Shown here in pieces: positions 9,295 through 17,862 of a stretch of DNA of 64,000 bases (the first letter of the stretch is position 1; every line of letters begins with the position of its first letter). A program made the translations under genes and the position numbers. Source of the stretch: Candidatus Avelusimicrobium gallicola (GTDB lineage: Bacteria > Elusimicrobiota > Elusimicrobia > Elusimicrobiales > UBA9959); assembly GCA_020722185.1 (NCBI GenBank), contig DYLH01000002.1, positions 6,312 to 70,311 on the forward strand, written 5' to 3'. The notes beneath the pieces were generated by a model. That model was not told the DNA's origin. It searched no databases and saw only the letters and a list, made by a program, of their open reading frames with translations.

Positions 9295-10669
9295 TGCGCT
9301 GATAATAAGCGATGCCTCGTTCCCGTGTGGAAATAATATAATCAACAGAGATATACTGGTAAAAAAAGGGAAAATTGAAGGTTTTTATCCCCCCAGGTCG
9401 CTTTCTATCCAAGGAATTCCCAAAATAGAGGCTTCAGGTATGATATGTCTGCCTGGAATTGTAGATGTTCATACTCATTTCAAGCTTAAAATAGGTGAAA
9501 ATCTCTACAATAGCGACGATTTCTTCCACGGCACTATGGCTGCTTTGGCCGGAGGCATAACGACAATAGTGGATTTTACTGATCAACCTTCAGGCCATTC
9601 TTTTCTTTTGGGATTTAAGAATAGGCTGAGAGATGCTAAAGATGAATCATTTTGCGATTACAGTTTTCACTGTATAGTCCCTTCATTTTCAAAGATGAAA
9701 AACTTTAAAGAAGAATTTGCAAAAGCTGTTAAATATGGAATTAAGACATTTAAAATATTTACCGCTTATGGCTCTAGGGGTTTAAAACTTTCCGACACAG
9801 AAATATCTATGCTTTTAAAAGAGGCTAAGAAGAGAAAGGCGATGATACTTGTTCATTGCGAAGATGAGGATATAATAGAAAAAAATATAGCTAAATATTT
9901 GCCTGAATTAAAAAAAATGGAAATGAAGGCTTTGCCTTTGGTGAGAAGTGAAAAAAGCGAAGTCTCGGCAGTTAAGAGATTGATAGCCCTAAATGAGGAT
10001 ATAAAAGCGCATATATATTTTGTTCACATCTCTTCTCCTTTAAGTGTGAGTGCCATAAAAAAAGCGTCTTTAAAAATGCCTGTTGCAGCTGAAACTTGTC
10101 CACAATATCTTTTATTTTCTGATGATATATATTCGAGGAAGAATGCTTTTCTTTATTCATTTTGTCCCCCCTTGCGAAATAAAACAGCTCCTGATAAATT
10201 ATGGAAATCGCTTCTATCAAGGGATTTGAAAGTCATATCCACTGACAGTTGCGGTTTTTCAGTTGAAATGAAAAAAAACTGGAATAAAGATATAAGAAAA
10301 CTCTATATGGGGGTATCTTCGGCTCAATTCCTTCTTCCTCTAATTTATACTTTTGGCGTAAAAAAAGGCCCATTGTCATTAAATGATCTCTGTTTTTTAT
10401 GTTGTAAATCTCCGGCTTCTCTCATGGGACTTGAGAAAAAAGGAGAGATAAAAGAAGGTTATGACGCCGATATTGTACTCTTTAGTCCAGATGAAGAATT
10501 TATTGTCACCTCAAAATCTTTGCTCAACTCCTGTGGGTATTCAATTTATGAGGGGATGAAGTTAAGTGGAAAAGTGAAAAAAGTTATTCTAAGGGGTAGA
10601 ATTGCATATGATGAGGGTCATTTTTTCCACCCGCAAGGAAGATACATAAAGAGGAATCTCAAAGTGTGA
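9281..10669 (+). CDS. Cyclic amidohydrolase of the dihydropyrimidinase/D-hydantoinase family
   Basis: Motifs GIVDVHTHF (HxH), GGITTIVDF, FKIFTAYG (carbamylated-Lys context), VHCEDED, VHISSPLS, AETCPQYL and ISTDSCGF. The start is 9281 (MTKTDALII) or 9257. Confidence 0.75.
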   Translation: MTKTDALIISDASFPCGNNIINRDILVKKGKIEGFYPPRSLSIQGIPKIEASGMICLPGIVDVHTHFKLKIGENLYNSDDFFHGTMAALAGGITTIVDFTDQPSGHSFLLGFKNRLRDAKDESFCDYSFHCIVPSFSKMKNFKEEFAKAVKYGIKTFKIFTAYGSRGLKLSDTEISMLLKEAKKRKAMILVHCEDEDIIEKNIAKYLPELKKMEMKALPLVRSEKSEVSAVKRLIALNEDIKAHIYFVHISSPLSVSAIKKASLKMPVAAETCPQYLLFSDDIYSRKNAFLYSFCPPLRNKTAPDKLWKSLLSRDLKVISTDSCGFSVEMKKNWNKDIRKLYMGVSSAQFLLPLIYTFGVKKGPLSLNDLCFLCCKSPASLMGLEKKGEIKEGYDADIVLFSPDEEFIVTSKSLLNSCGYSIYEGMKLSGKVKKVILRGRIAYDEGHFFHPQGRYIKRNLKV

Positions 10670-10680
10670 AAGGATTCTTC

Positions 10681-11658
10681 TCAATTTATTAAATTTATAA
10701 ATTCCCTGTGTATTTTAAGCAATAAATCTCTTCCCTGCTCTTTGGGGACATTTATGTTTATTTTGTTTTTCCCCTGCTGGATGGAATATATTTTTATAGT
10801 ATATTTTTGGGCTAAATTTTTTAGTGAATTAGAAAAAGTGGTGTTACTTTGAATATTCGGTCCTATAAGGCTTATAATGGACCTCTGTTTTAAATGCGAG
10901 ATGGATATACAAGATAGAATTCTGCCTGAATTTCTTTCTGAGATTAGTGTTCCTTCATCTTTCTCCACAGTGCCAGCCAAATTGACTTTTATTTTATGTT
11001 TCTTTGCATACTCAATTGCTTTAAGTTGCCTTACTTCTGTTCCGCTTTCAGATAGCGCTATTATTTCGTCGTAAGATATGTACGGCAACTTTATGGCTTC
11101 TGGAACAATTGTTGGGTTTGCGGAAAAGACTCCTTTGACATCGCTAAAAAGAAAACATTTATCAGCTTTGATATGTTTGGCCATTGTTACTGCGCTTAGA
11201 TCAGAACCACCCCTTCCCAGTGTAATTATCTCTCCTTTTTCATTAATAGCTTGATATCCAGTTATAAGTACTGTTTTTTTTTCATTTAAAGCTGAATAGA
11301 TTTTCTCTGTGGATATATCTTTTATCTCTCCATTTCCGAAAGGCCCTTTTCCTCTTATAGGCAGTTGCCAGGAATTAAATGAAATTGCCTTTCTTGAAAG
11401 TTTTTCTAAAGCCATGGCCATAAGAGAAACGCTTATCTGTTCTCCCAATGAAGTTAAAGCGTCCTGTTCCCTTGGATTTTTAGAAAACTTTAAAGATGCT
11501 TTGATTAGATTATCCGTTATATCAGCTGGAGCTGAAAGTACGCATACGGCATTTGAAGAATATTTCTTTTCAAGAGAAATAATCTTCTCTGCCACAAAAA
11601 AAATTTTGTTAGAGTCGCTTAAGGATGAACCGCCAAATTTTAATACTATATTAGGCAT
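10681..11658 (-). CDS. lysC: Aspartate kinase-like amino-acid kinase with a single C-terminal ACT-like region
   Basis: Motifs VLKFGGSSL, VLSAPADITDNL, GRGGSDLSAV, SDVKGVFSANP and ISYDEIIALSESGTEV. At 325 aa it is shorter than the usual roughly 400 aa two-ACT enzymes. Confidence 0.7.
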   Translation of the reverse strand: MPNIVLKFGGSSLSDSNKIFFVAEKIISLEKKYSSNAVCVLSAPADITDNLIKASLKFSKNPREQDALTSLGEQISVSLMAMALEKLSRKAISFNSWQLPIRGKGPFGNGEIKDISTEKIYSALNEKKTVLITGYQAINEKGEIITLGRGGSDLSAVTMAKHIKADKCFLFSDVKGVFSANPTIVPEAIKLPYISYDEIIALSESGTEVRQLKAIEYAKKHKIKVNLAGTVEKDEGTLISERNSGRILSCISISHLKQRSIISLIGPNIQSNTTFSNSLKNLAQKYTIKIYSIQQGKNKININVPKEQGRDLLLKIHREFINLIN

Positions 11659-13004
11659 CAGACCATAGTAGCTGTAACTCTTATTACTTCACTTAATGTT
11701 GTGACGCCTTCTCTGGCCTTAGAAATGCCATCCATCAGCAATGTTCTCATTTTGGCTGACTGAATGGCAGTTTTCTTTATCACATCTGTTGGAGAGTGGT
11801 CAAGAACCTTTTTCCTTATTTCTTCGTTCATCAACATTAATTCAAATATGCCTGTTCTGCCAAGATATCCAGTTCCCTTGCATTGAGGACAGCCTTTTTC
11901 AACCTTATAATTGGCTCCCGGCGCCAATATCATTTGTTTTACTATAGCTCCCTCGGCTGGATCCATATTTTTTATGAATTCATTCACTACAGATTCAGAT
12001 GGTGCTTCAGCTTTTTGAGCACAGTGCGGGCAAACCTTTCTAACAAGTCTTTGAGACATTGCTCCAAGCATAGAAGATGCTATGAGAAATGGAGGTATGC
12101 CCATTTCAAATAGGCGCTCTATTATGCTGGGCGCATTTATTGTGTGGATGGTGGTGAAAAGCAGGTGACCAGTGAGAGCCGATCTTAAGCTTATTTCAGC
12201 CGTGTCATAATCTCTTATCTCTCCAACCATTATAACATCCGGATCTTGTCTGAGTATAGTTCTGAGGCCCTCAGACCATGTAAAACCAGTTTTTACATTA
12301 ATCTGCGCTTGGTTTATCCCCTCAAGCCTGTATTCTACCGGGTCTTCAAGTGTGATAATGTTTATCATGGGAGTATTGATATTTTTAAGCATTGCGTAAA
12401 GCGAAGTGGTTTTACCAGACCCGGTGGATCCCGTTATAAAAAAGATACCATAAGGATTTCTTATAAGCTTCTTTATCAATGTCAGTGTATCATGTTCAAG
12501 GCCAAGTTGTTCAAGATTTAATCCCAATTGTCCTTTGTCTAAGACTCTTAAAACAAGTTTTTCTCCATTGACAGTTGGGAAGGAGGATACTCTTACCTGT
12601 ATTGGCCTTCCTTGTATAAGTTTTTGAAAACGGCCCTCTTCATTTCTGAAAGTTGTTGGAGGTTCAGGATCAAAACCAGCTAGAACTCTGATCCTTTGAG
12701 TTATAGGTATTTGAGCGTTTTTAGGAGCATTCAACATATCCTGAAGTATGCCATCTATCCTAAACCTGACTCTCAAGTTTGTTCCTTGAGTTTCTATATG
12801 AACATCGCTGGCCCTCTCTTTTATTGCATGTTCAAGTATTATGTCGCTTAGTTTTATTGCCAAATCTATAGCGGGAGATTTTGTCTTTGAGTTAACGAGC
12901 TCATTATACGAGTCTTCTAAGCTCCCCGTAGGTCCGCTGAGCTGTGGCGAATTAGGCGCTGTTGGTTTATTTTGATCTTCAGGTTTTTGTCCCCAGAAAG
13001 CCAT
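11658..13004 (-). CDS. GspE/PilB-family secretion ATPase (type II secretion / type IV pilus assembly type)
   Basis: Walker A GSTGSGKTT, Asp box ITLEDPVEY, Walker B DPDVIMVGEIRD, His box GHLLFTTIHT and a tetra-Cys motif CPHC...CPQCKGTGY. The RBS GGAGGA lies at the greA end. Its TGA shares one nt with the lysC ATG (TGATG). Confidence 0.85.
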   Translation of the reverse strand: MAFWGQKPEDQNKPTAPNSPQLSGPTGSLEDSYNELVNSKTKSPAIDLAIKLSDIILEHAIKERASDVHIETQGTNLRVRFRIDGILQDMLNAPKNAQIPITQRIRVLAGFDPEPPTTFRNEEGRFQKLIQGRPIQVRVSSFPTVNGEKLVLRVLDKGQLGLNLEQLGLEHDTLTLIKKLIRNPYGIFFITGSTGSGKTTSLYAMLKNINTPMINIITLEDPVEYRLEGINQAQINVKTGFTWSEGLRTILRQDPDVIMVGEIRDYDTAEISLRSALTGHLLFTTIHTINAPSIIERLFEMGIPPFLIASSMLGAMSQRLVRKVCPHCAQKAEAPSESVVNEFIKNMDPAEGAIVKQMILAPGANYKVEKGCPQCKGTGYLGRTGIFELMLMNEEIRKKVLDHSPTDVIKKTAIQSAKMRTLLMDGISKAREGVTTLSEVIRVTATMV

Positions 13005-13013
13005 AAAATCCTC

Positions 13014-13481
13014 CTAGTAATCTATTGAGAGCACTTCAAATTCTTTGATAATCCCGCTTGGTAGAGTTATTTTTTTCTTCTCACCTTTTTTTAAGCCTAA
13101 TATTCCTTGAGCAATAGGTGTGGAAACAGATATTAGCCCTTGAGAAGGATTGGCCTCATTTGTGCTGACAAGCTTGTAGACCACTTCCTTTTTCCCTGTT
13201 AAATCCAAAAGTTTTACTGTTGCTCCTATTCTTATCTCTTCCTTGTTTATTTCAAGCTCGTCGATTATATTAGAACTTTTTATCCTTTCTTCTATTTCTG
13301 AAATTCTATTGAGCAACATATTCTGTTTTTCTTTGGCATACTGATAGCCAGCATTTTCTTTCAGATCTCCTTGAGAACGAGCATCTTCTATCTCTTTATT
13401 TATTTCCGCTTTTTCTGCAATGAGTCTGTCGAGTTCCTCTCTCAATTTCTTTATCCCTTCTTTGGTTAGATAATCAGACAT
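13014..13481 (-). CDS. greA: Transcription elongation factor GreA
   Basis: MSDYLTKEGIKKLREELDRL, a coiled-coil N-terminal domain and a C-terminal FKBP-like domain. The ATG is at 13481. The ORF track extends to a TTG at 13499. Confidence 0.9.
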   Translation of the reverse strand: MSDYLTKEGIKKLREELDRLIAEKAEINKEIEDARSQGDLKENAGYQYAKEKQNMLLNRISEIEERIKSSNIIDELEINKEEIRIGATVKLLDLTGKKEVVYKLVSTNEANPSQGLISVSTPIAQGILGLKKGEKKKITLPSGIIKEFEVLSIDY

Positions 13482-13516
13482 TTTAGTTTTTATTCCCAAT
13501 CAAAACATTGTAAACT

Positions 13517-13593
13517 TGGTGGCACCGAGAGGATTCGAACCTCTGACCTAGCGCTTATGAAACGCCCGCTCTAACCGACTGAGCTACGGTGCC
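13517..13593 (-). tRNA. tRNA with anticodon CAU (elongator Met, or Ile2 if lysidine-modified), CCA encoded
   Basis: The reverse complement folds as a cloverleaf. The acceptor is GGCACCG/CGGTGCC, the D arm GCTC/GAGC, the anticodon loop TTCATAA and the T arm GTCAGAGGTTCGAATCCTCTC, with a 3' ACCA. The G1-C72 pair argues against an initiator tRNA. Confidence 0.9.
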
Positions 13594-13741
13594 ACAAAAC
13601 CTACAAGCGGGCAGGTTTCTTTGCCGGAATCATTTAGTGTTACCTAAATAGTTTCGGGCAATAAAAATTATATAAAAAAACATTTGTAAAGACAAATCAT
13701 ATTTACTAAAATTTAGGAGGTTCAATTTACACGGAGGGATT

Positions 13742-15079
13742 ATGTCAGAGAATAAGATTTCAAAAGAAGAATTACTTAGAAAAGCGAATAAACCGTCTGA
13801 AGATGCCATGTATATGCATCCTTTCTACAAAGGAAAAATAGAGGTTTCCCTTAAATCTTGTGTTAGAGATTACAATGATTTTGCTATATGGTATACTCCT
13901 GGAGTGGCTTCTGTATGCAAGGATATACAAAAAAATCCAGAAAAAGTTTTTGAACATACAAATAAGGCAAATATGGTTGCCGTGGTCTCAGATGGAACAA
14001 GAGTTCTTGGACTTGGAGACATAGGCCCAGAAGCAGGCATGCCAGTTATGGAAGGCAAAGCTCTACTTTTTAAATATCTTGGCGGAGTAGATGCTTTCCC
14101 CATATGTCTTGACACAAAAGACCCCGATGAAATAATAAAAACAGTTATAAATATTCAGCCCTGTTTTGGTGGAATTAATCTTGAAGATATAGCTCAGCCA
14201 AAATGTTTTTATATCCTTAATGAGCTTAGGAAAAAGGCAAATATCCCAGTATGGCACGATGATCAGCAGGGCACCGCAACTGTTTCTCTTGCTGGTTTAA
14301 TAAACGCTTTAAAAGTTGTAGGGAAAAAGATAGGAGATGTGAAAATTGTTCTTCTTGGCGCGGGAGCTGCCAATATAAGAATAGGTTCTCTGTATATGAA
14401 GTATGGAGCCAAACCCGGCAATTTAATATATGTGGACTCTAAGGGCACTTTACATAAAGGTAGAACAGATCTCAAAGATCATAAAGAAAAATGGGAGATG
14501 TGTACTATAACTAATGAAAGACAAATCTCTGGAAGTCTTGCTGATGCTCTAAAGGGTGCTGATGTGCTCAGCGCCGCCTCAACACCTGGCCCTGATGTTG
14601 TTAAAAAGGAATGGATCTCTTCTATGGCGAAAGATGCTATAGTTTTTGCTACCGCAAATCCGATCCCAGAGATATGGCCATGGGATGCCAAAGAAGCTGG
14701 AGCTAAGGTTGTTGCTACTGGTAGATCTGATTTCGCAAATCAAGTGAATAATTCTCTGGGATTTCCCGGTATTTTCAGAGGAGCTCTTGATGTTCACGCC
14801 AAAACCATAACAGATGAGATGTGTGTCGCCGCAGCTGAGGCTATGGCCAAATATGCTCAAAAAAAAGGCCTCAGGGAAGACTACATAATGCCAACTATGG
14901 ATGATCCAGAAGTTTTTATAGGGGAAGCTGTGGCAGTTGGCCTTAAGGCTATCGAACAAAAAGTGGCCAGAAAGGTTATGACCGAAAAAGAATTGAGAGA
15001 GTCTGCTGAGTTCATGATTAAGCGCGCAATAGAAGATACAAAACTTAGAATGAAAGAAGGCATAATAAAGCTTCCATAA
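13742..15079 (+). CDS. NAD(P)-dependent malic enzyme (short prokaryotic form)
   Basis: Motifs YTPGVA, VVSDGTRVLGLGDIGP, FGGINLEDI, LLGAGAA and ATANPIPEI. The RBS is GGAGGGA. Confidence 0.9.
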   Translation: MSENKISKEELLRKANKPSEDAMYMHPFYKGKIEVSLKSCVRDYNDFAIWYTPGVASVCKDIQKNPEKVFEHTNKANMVAVVSDGTRVLGLGDIGPEAGMPVMEGKALLFKYLGGVDAFPICLDTKDPDEIIKTVINIQPCFGGINLEDIAQPKCFYILNELRKKANIPVWHDDQQGTATVSLAGLINALKVVGKKIGDVKIVLLGAGAANIRIGSLYMKYGAKPGNLIYVDSKGTLHKGRTDLKDHKEKWEMCTITNERQISGSLADALKGADVLSAASTPGPDVVKKEWISSMAKDAIVFATANPIPEIWPWDAKEAGAKVVATGRSDFANQVNNSLGFPGIFRGALDVHAKTITDEMCVAAAEAMAKYAQKKGLREDYIMPTMDDPEVFIGEAVAVGLKAIEQKVARKVMTEKELRESAEFMIKRAIEDTKLRMKEGIIKLP

Positions 15080-15104
15080 AAAGATTTGGGTAATTGTTTT
15101 TTGA

Positions 15105-16058
15105 CTACTGCTTTTTGAGTTCTTGAATTAGTTCTATTAGGGCAGATTTGTAATCGGCTTTTACAAAATAGTCTGAAAAGTTTTTTATATCGGCGTTTTC
15201 ATCTTTGTTTATCGATATTATGAGGGGATTTCCCTTTATTCCGTTCATATGGTAGCTTTTCCCTGATACAGCAAAATTTATGTATATTCTAGGATATATG
15301 GTCTTGCCTGACACTCCTATTTGAGCATCATTGCTCCCTATCCCTTCGTGAACTGCTGGACGCGTATATCCTATGGATGCGCCAAGAATTGTCGCCAGTT
15401 CCTTTATAAGAGGGATATCCTCTTTTTTTACACATCTTCCAACTCCTATCACTATCGGAGAGTCTTCCAGTTTTTTATCAGAATTTTCTAAATATTCTTC
15501 TTTGATTAATTCTGTAAGAACTGTTAAATCATTGTTAGGTGTTAGAATTTCAATTGGCGACTCGGTTTGGAAAAATTTAGGCTTGCTTGTTTTATAGGTT
15601 TTGAAAGTGATAATCTTGATTTTGGATTTGGAAAAGATCTCAACCTTTATATTCCCACCCAGAGCTGGTTTTATGGCTGTCAGTTCATTTTTCATCACTA
15701 TTTCAATGGCGTCAGAAATGAGTCCGCAATTCATTTTAGCGGCCATCCTAGCTGAGAGGGCCTTCTCAATCTCTCCTGCTTTTAAAAGGACAAGATCGGG
15801 AGAATATTTTTCTATGACTGTGGCGCATATTCCTGCTGAAAAATTATTGTCTGTAATCCTCTTGTCTTGCAGAAAATAAGCTTTTTCAAGGCCTAAGTTT
15901 TTTGCTTCTGGAGGTATTTGTGAGTTTATTGAGAGTAAAAGTGCGCTTATTTTAGATCCTGTCAGAGATGAGATTTTAGAGGCTTCTAAGAACAGACAAA
16001 AAAAATCCTCGCTTAAAAAATCTTTTTCACAATAAGATATCAAGAGAATGTTTTTCAT
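15105..16058 (-). CDS. etfA: Electron transfer flavoprotein, alpha subunit
   Basis: 317 aa. It has an N-terminal Etf domain and a C-terminal FAD-binding region (GVGRCV..., GYTRPAVHEGIGSNDAQIGVSGKTIYPRIYINFAVSGKSYHMNG, ISINKD). A 4-nt overlap links it to etfB. Confidence 0.8.
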   Translation of the reverse strand: MKNILLISYCEKDFLSEDFFCLFLEASKISSLTGSKISALLLSINSQIPPEAKNLGLEKAYFLQDKRITDNNFSAGICATVIEKYSPDLVLLKAGEIEKALSARMAAKMNCGLISDAIEIVMKNELTAIKPALGGNIKVEIFSKSKIKIITFKTYKTSKPKFFQTESPIEILTPNNDLTVLTELIKEEYLENSDKKLEDSPIVIGVGRCVKKEDIPLIKELATILGASIGYTRPAVHEGIGSNDAQIGVSGKTIYPRIYINFAVSGKSYHMNGIKGNPLIISINKDENADIKNFSDYFVKADYKSALIELIQELKKQ

Positions 16059-16846
16059 TTTTTTATTTCTTCTTTCAACAAAGATGCTATCTCAGCTATT
16101 GTGATGTTCTTTGTATTTTGTTTAGTATTTTTTCTTTTATCCTCGAAATATTTCCCCACCCATGTTGGACTTGATTCCTGCGCATTTGTTTGTATATTTA
16201 AATTTATGTCTTTTAAGGATAAATTTTCAATATTTGTTTTTTTTGCCTTCATCCTATTGATTATTGATGGAAGTTTTATTGTTATTTGATCTGATGGCTG
16301 AAAAGAAACTAGGCACGGCAGAGAAGCCTTAAATTGCTTTATGAGATTATCTTTCCTTGAGCTTACAATTATATGTTCTGAAGATAAACTTTCAACTATA
16401 TCAGCAAATACAATATCTGGCAAAGAAAGCATTTGAGCTATTTGGCTTGGCACATGAGCAGTTTCGCCATCTGAGCTCTTAGCTCCGCAGAAAAAAAGAC
16501 CTATTTCCCCCTTTAATTCCTTCAATTTTAATGCCGCTAAGGATAATGCTTTAGCAGTTATTAAAGTATCCGCGCCTCTGAGCGCATTGTCAGTTAAAAG
16601 ATACGCTTCATCTGCGCCTCTTGAAATACAGTATCTCAGAGTATTAGATGCATTTTCTGGACCCATGGATAAAGCTATAATCTTTATTGATGGATTTATG
16701 GATTTAAGTATAAGGGCATTTTCAAGAGCATAGTCATCGGCATAATTTATAGCCAAATCACAATTTTCTCTTATCATATTGCCCTTTTCATCGAATTTTA
16801 CATCCTCGCTGGTGGGCACTTGCTTTACAAATAAAAGTATGTTCAT
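16055..16846 (-). CDS. etfB: Electron transfer flavoprotein, beta subunit
   Basis: 263 aa. Sequence reads MNILLFVKQVPTSEDVKFDE..., YALENAL and LFFCGAKSSDGETAHVPSQIAQML. A 4-nt overlap links it to purA. Confidence 0.85.
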   Translation of the reverse strand: MNILLFVKQVPTSEDVKFDEKGNMIRENCDLAINYADDYALENALILKSINPSIKIIALSMGPENASNTLRYCISRGADEAYLLTDNALRGADTLITAKALSLAALKLKELKGEIGLFFCGAKSSDGETAHVPSQIAQMLSLPDIVFADIVESLSSEHIIVSSRKDNLIKQFKASLPCLVSFQPSDQITIKLPSIINRMKAKKTNIENLSLKDINLNIQTNAQESSPTWVGKYFEDKRKNTKQNTKNITIAEIASLLKEEIKK

Positions 16847-17862
16847 TTTCTTAGATCTATGACATCCATTAGTCCAGGACCATTGGAAATTAGGGCAAGC
16901 CTTGGATATGGATATATCTTAGAAAAGCTTTTAACTCTTGAGATAAATTTTTTAGCTTCTGAAGTGAAGTTTTCTAATTTTTTATTTTCATTGCCCTCAA
17001 AAAGGTCAATATGAGTTATTGCTATTTTAGTGGCTGAATTTATTTCTATAGCTTTGATTGCCGCCTTCTCTTCAAATAGACCTATTCTTCTAAGTCTCTT
17101 GGATACACTTCCTATTTCCCTTCCCTTGGTATGATATTTTGCCAATTCTTTTTTTTCAAAAATTTCATGCTCAATAGGACCTGGCCCAACTCTGGAAACA
17201 TATGGTTTGAAAATCAAGTAGACATCCCTGACATACTTGGGTCCAAGTCCTGCTTCAGATAAAAAATTGGATGCTGTAGTGTCTCGCGATGTGGTGTATG
17301 GATATTCCCCGTGTAGTAGTGAAAGTTTGAATCCTTGAGTCCCTTCCAGAAGTATCTTTTTCCCTTTCTGCAACTCTTTATTAAGCAGTTCTGGAATATC
17401 CCTTACATATTCTTTTAGTTCCGGATCATCTTTGGCAAATTTTATCTTTTTCCTCTCTATCCTTTCCCTGACTGCCGTCCCAAGTCCAGTTCCAACGCTA
17501 CCTATTTTTTTCATCAATCTTTTATCCTGTCTTTCACTTAGGGTTTGCTTTTTTGTTATGATTACACAGTTTGGATCTATTATAAATCTGTCTTCAGTTT
17601 TGGTCTCCTGCATCTCTTTTATCAGCCATTCCTTTATAACATATGTGCCCGCCGACAGAATCATACGCGCATTTTTATTCACAAAGCCACTTGGCACGCT
17701 TTTAAGAGCGTATATTTTATCCTCGTAGAAAACTGTATGTCCGGCATTTGGTCCTCCGACTTTTATACAGTAGTCATAATTGTCCTTGTATGCCAGATAT
17801 GCTGCTATCTTACCTTTCCCTTCATCTCCAGCCTGTCCACCGCAAACAATATCTACTGGCAT
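16843..17862 (-). CDS. purA: Adenylosuccinate synthetase, short (about 340 aa) archaeal-type form
   Basis: Motifs GGQAGDEGKGK, GPNAGHTV, IGSVGTGLG and LLEGTQGFKLSL. At 339 aa it is about 90 aa shorter than the canonical bacterial roughly 430 aa enzyme. The alignment by eye follows the short form known from Pyrococcus/Methanocaldococcus. Confidence 0.85.
   Translation of the reverse strand: MPVDIVCGGQAGDEGKGKIAAYLAYKDNYDYCIKVGGPNAGHTVFYEDKIYALKSVPSGFVNKNARMILSAGTYVIKEWLIKEMQETKTEDRFIIDPNCVIITKKQTLSERQDKRLMKKIGSVGTGLGTAVRERIERKKIKFAKDDPELKEYVRDIPELLNKELQKGKKILLEGTQGFKLSLLHGEYPYTTSRDTTASNFLSEAGLGPKYVRDVYLIFKPYVSRVGPGPIEHEIFEKKELAKYHTKGREIGSVSKRLRRIGLFEEKAAIKAIEINSATKIAITHIDLFEGNENKKLENFTSEAKKFISRVKSFSKIYPYPRLALISNGPGLMDVIDLRK

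Noticed and set aside
13772-15063. A series of minus-strand ORFs (13772..13957, 13870..14115, 14263..14475, 14479..14691, 14579..14959, 14881..15063) lie antisense to the malic enzyme gene.
   Set aside because: They are shadow ORFs inside a confidently identified gene. They have low-complexity translations, no RBS and no recognisable motifs. The same reasoning applies to the many antisense ORFs in the track, including 602..832, 4009..4206, 5119..5460, 17432..17994, 25571..26053, 30718..31074, 39384..39753, 48676..49382, 50310..50926 and 59063..60421.
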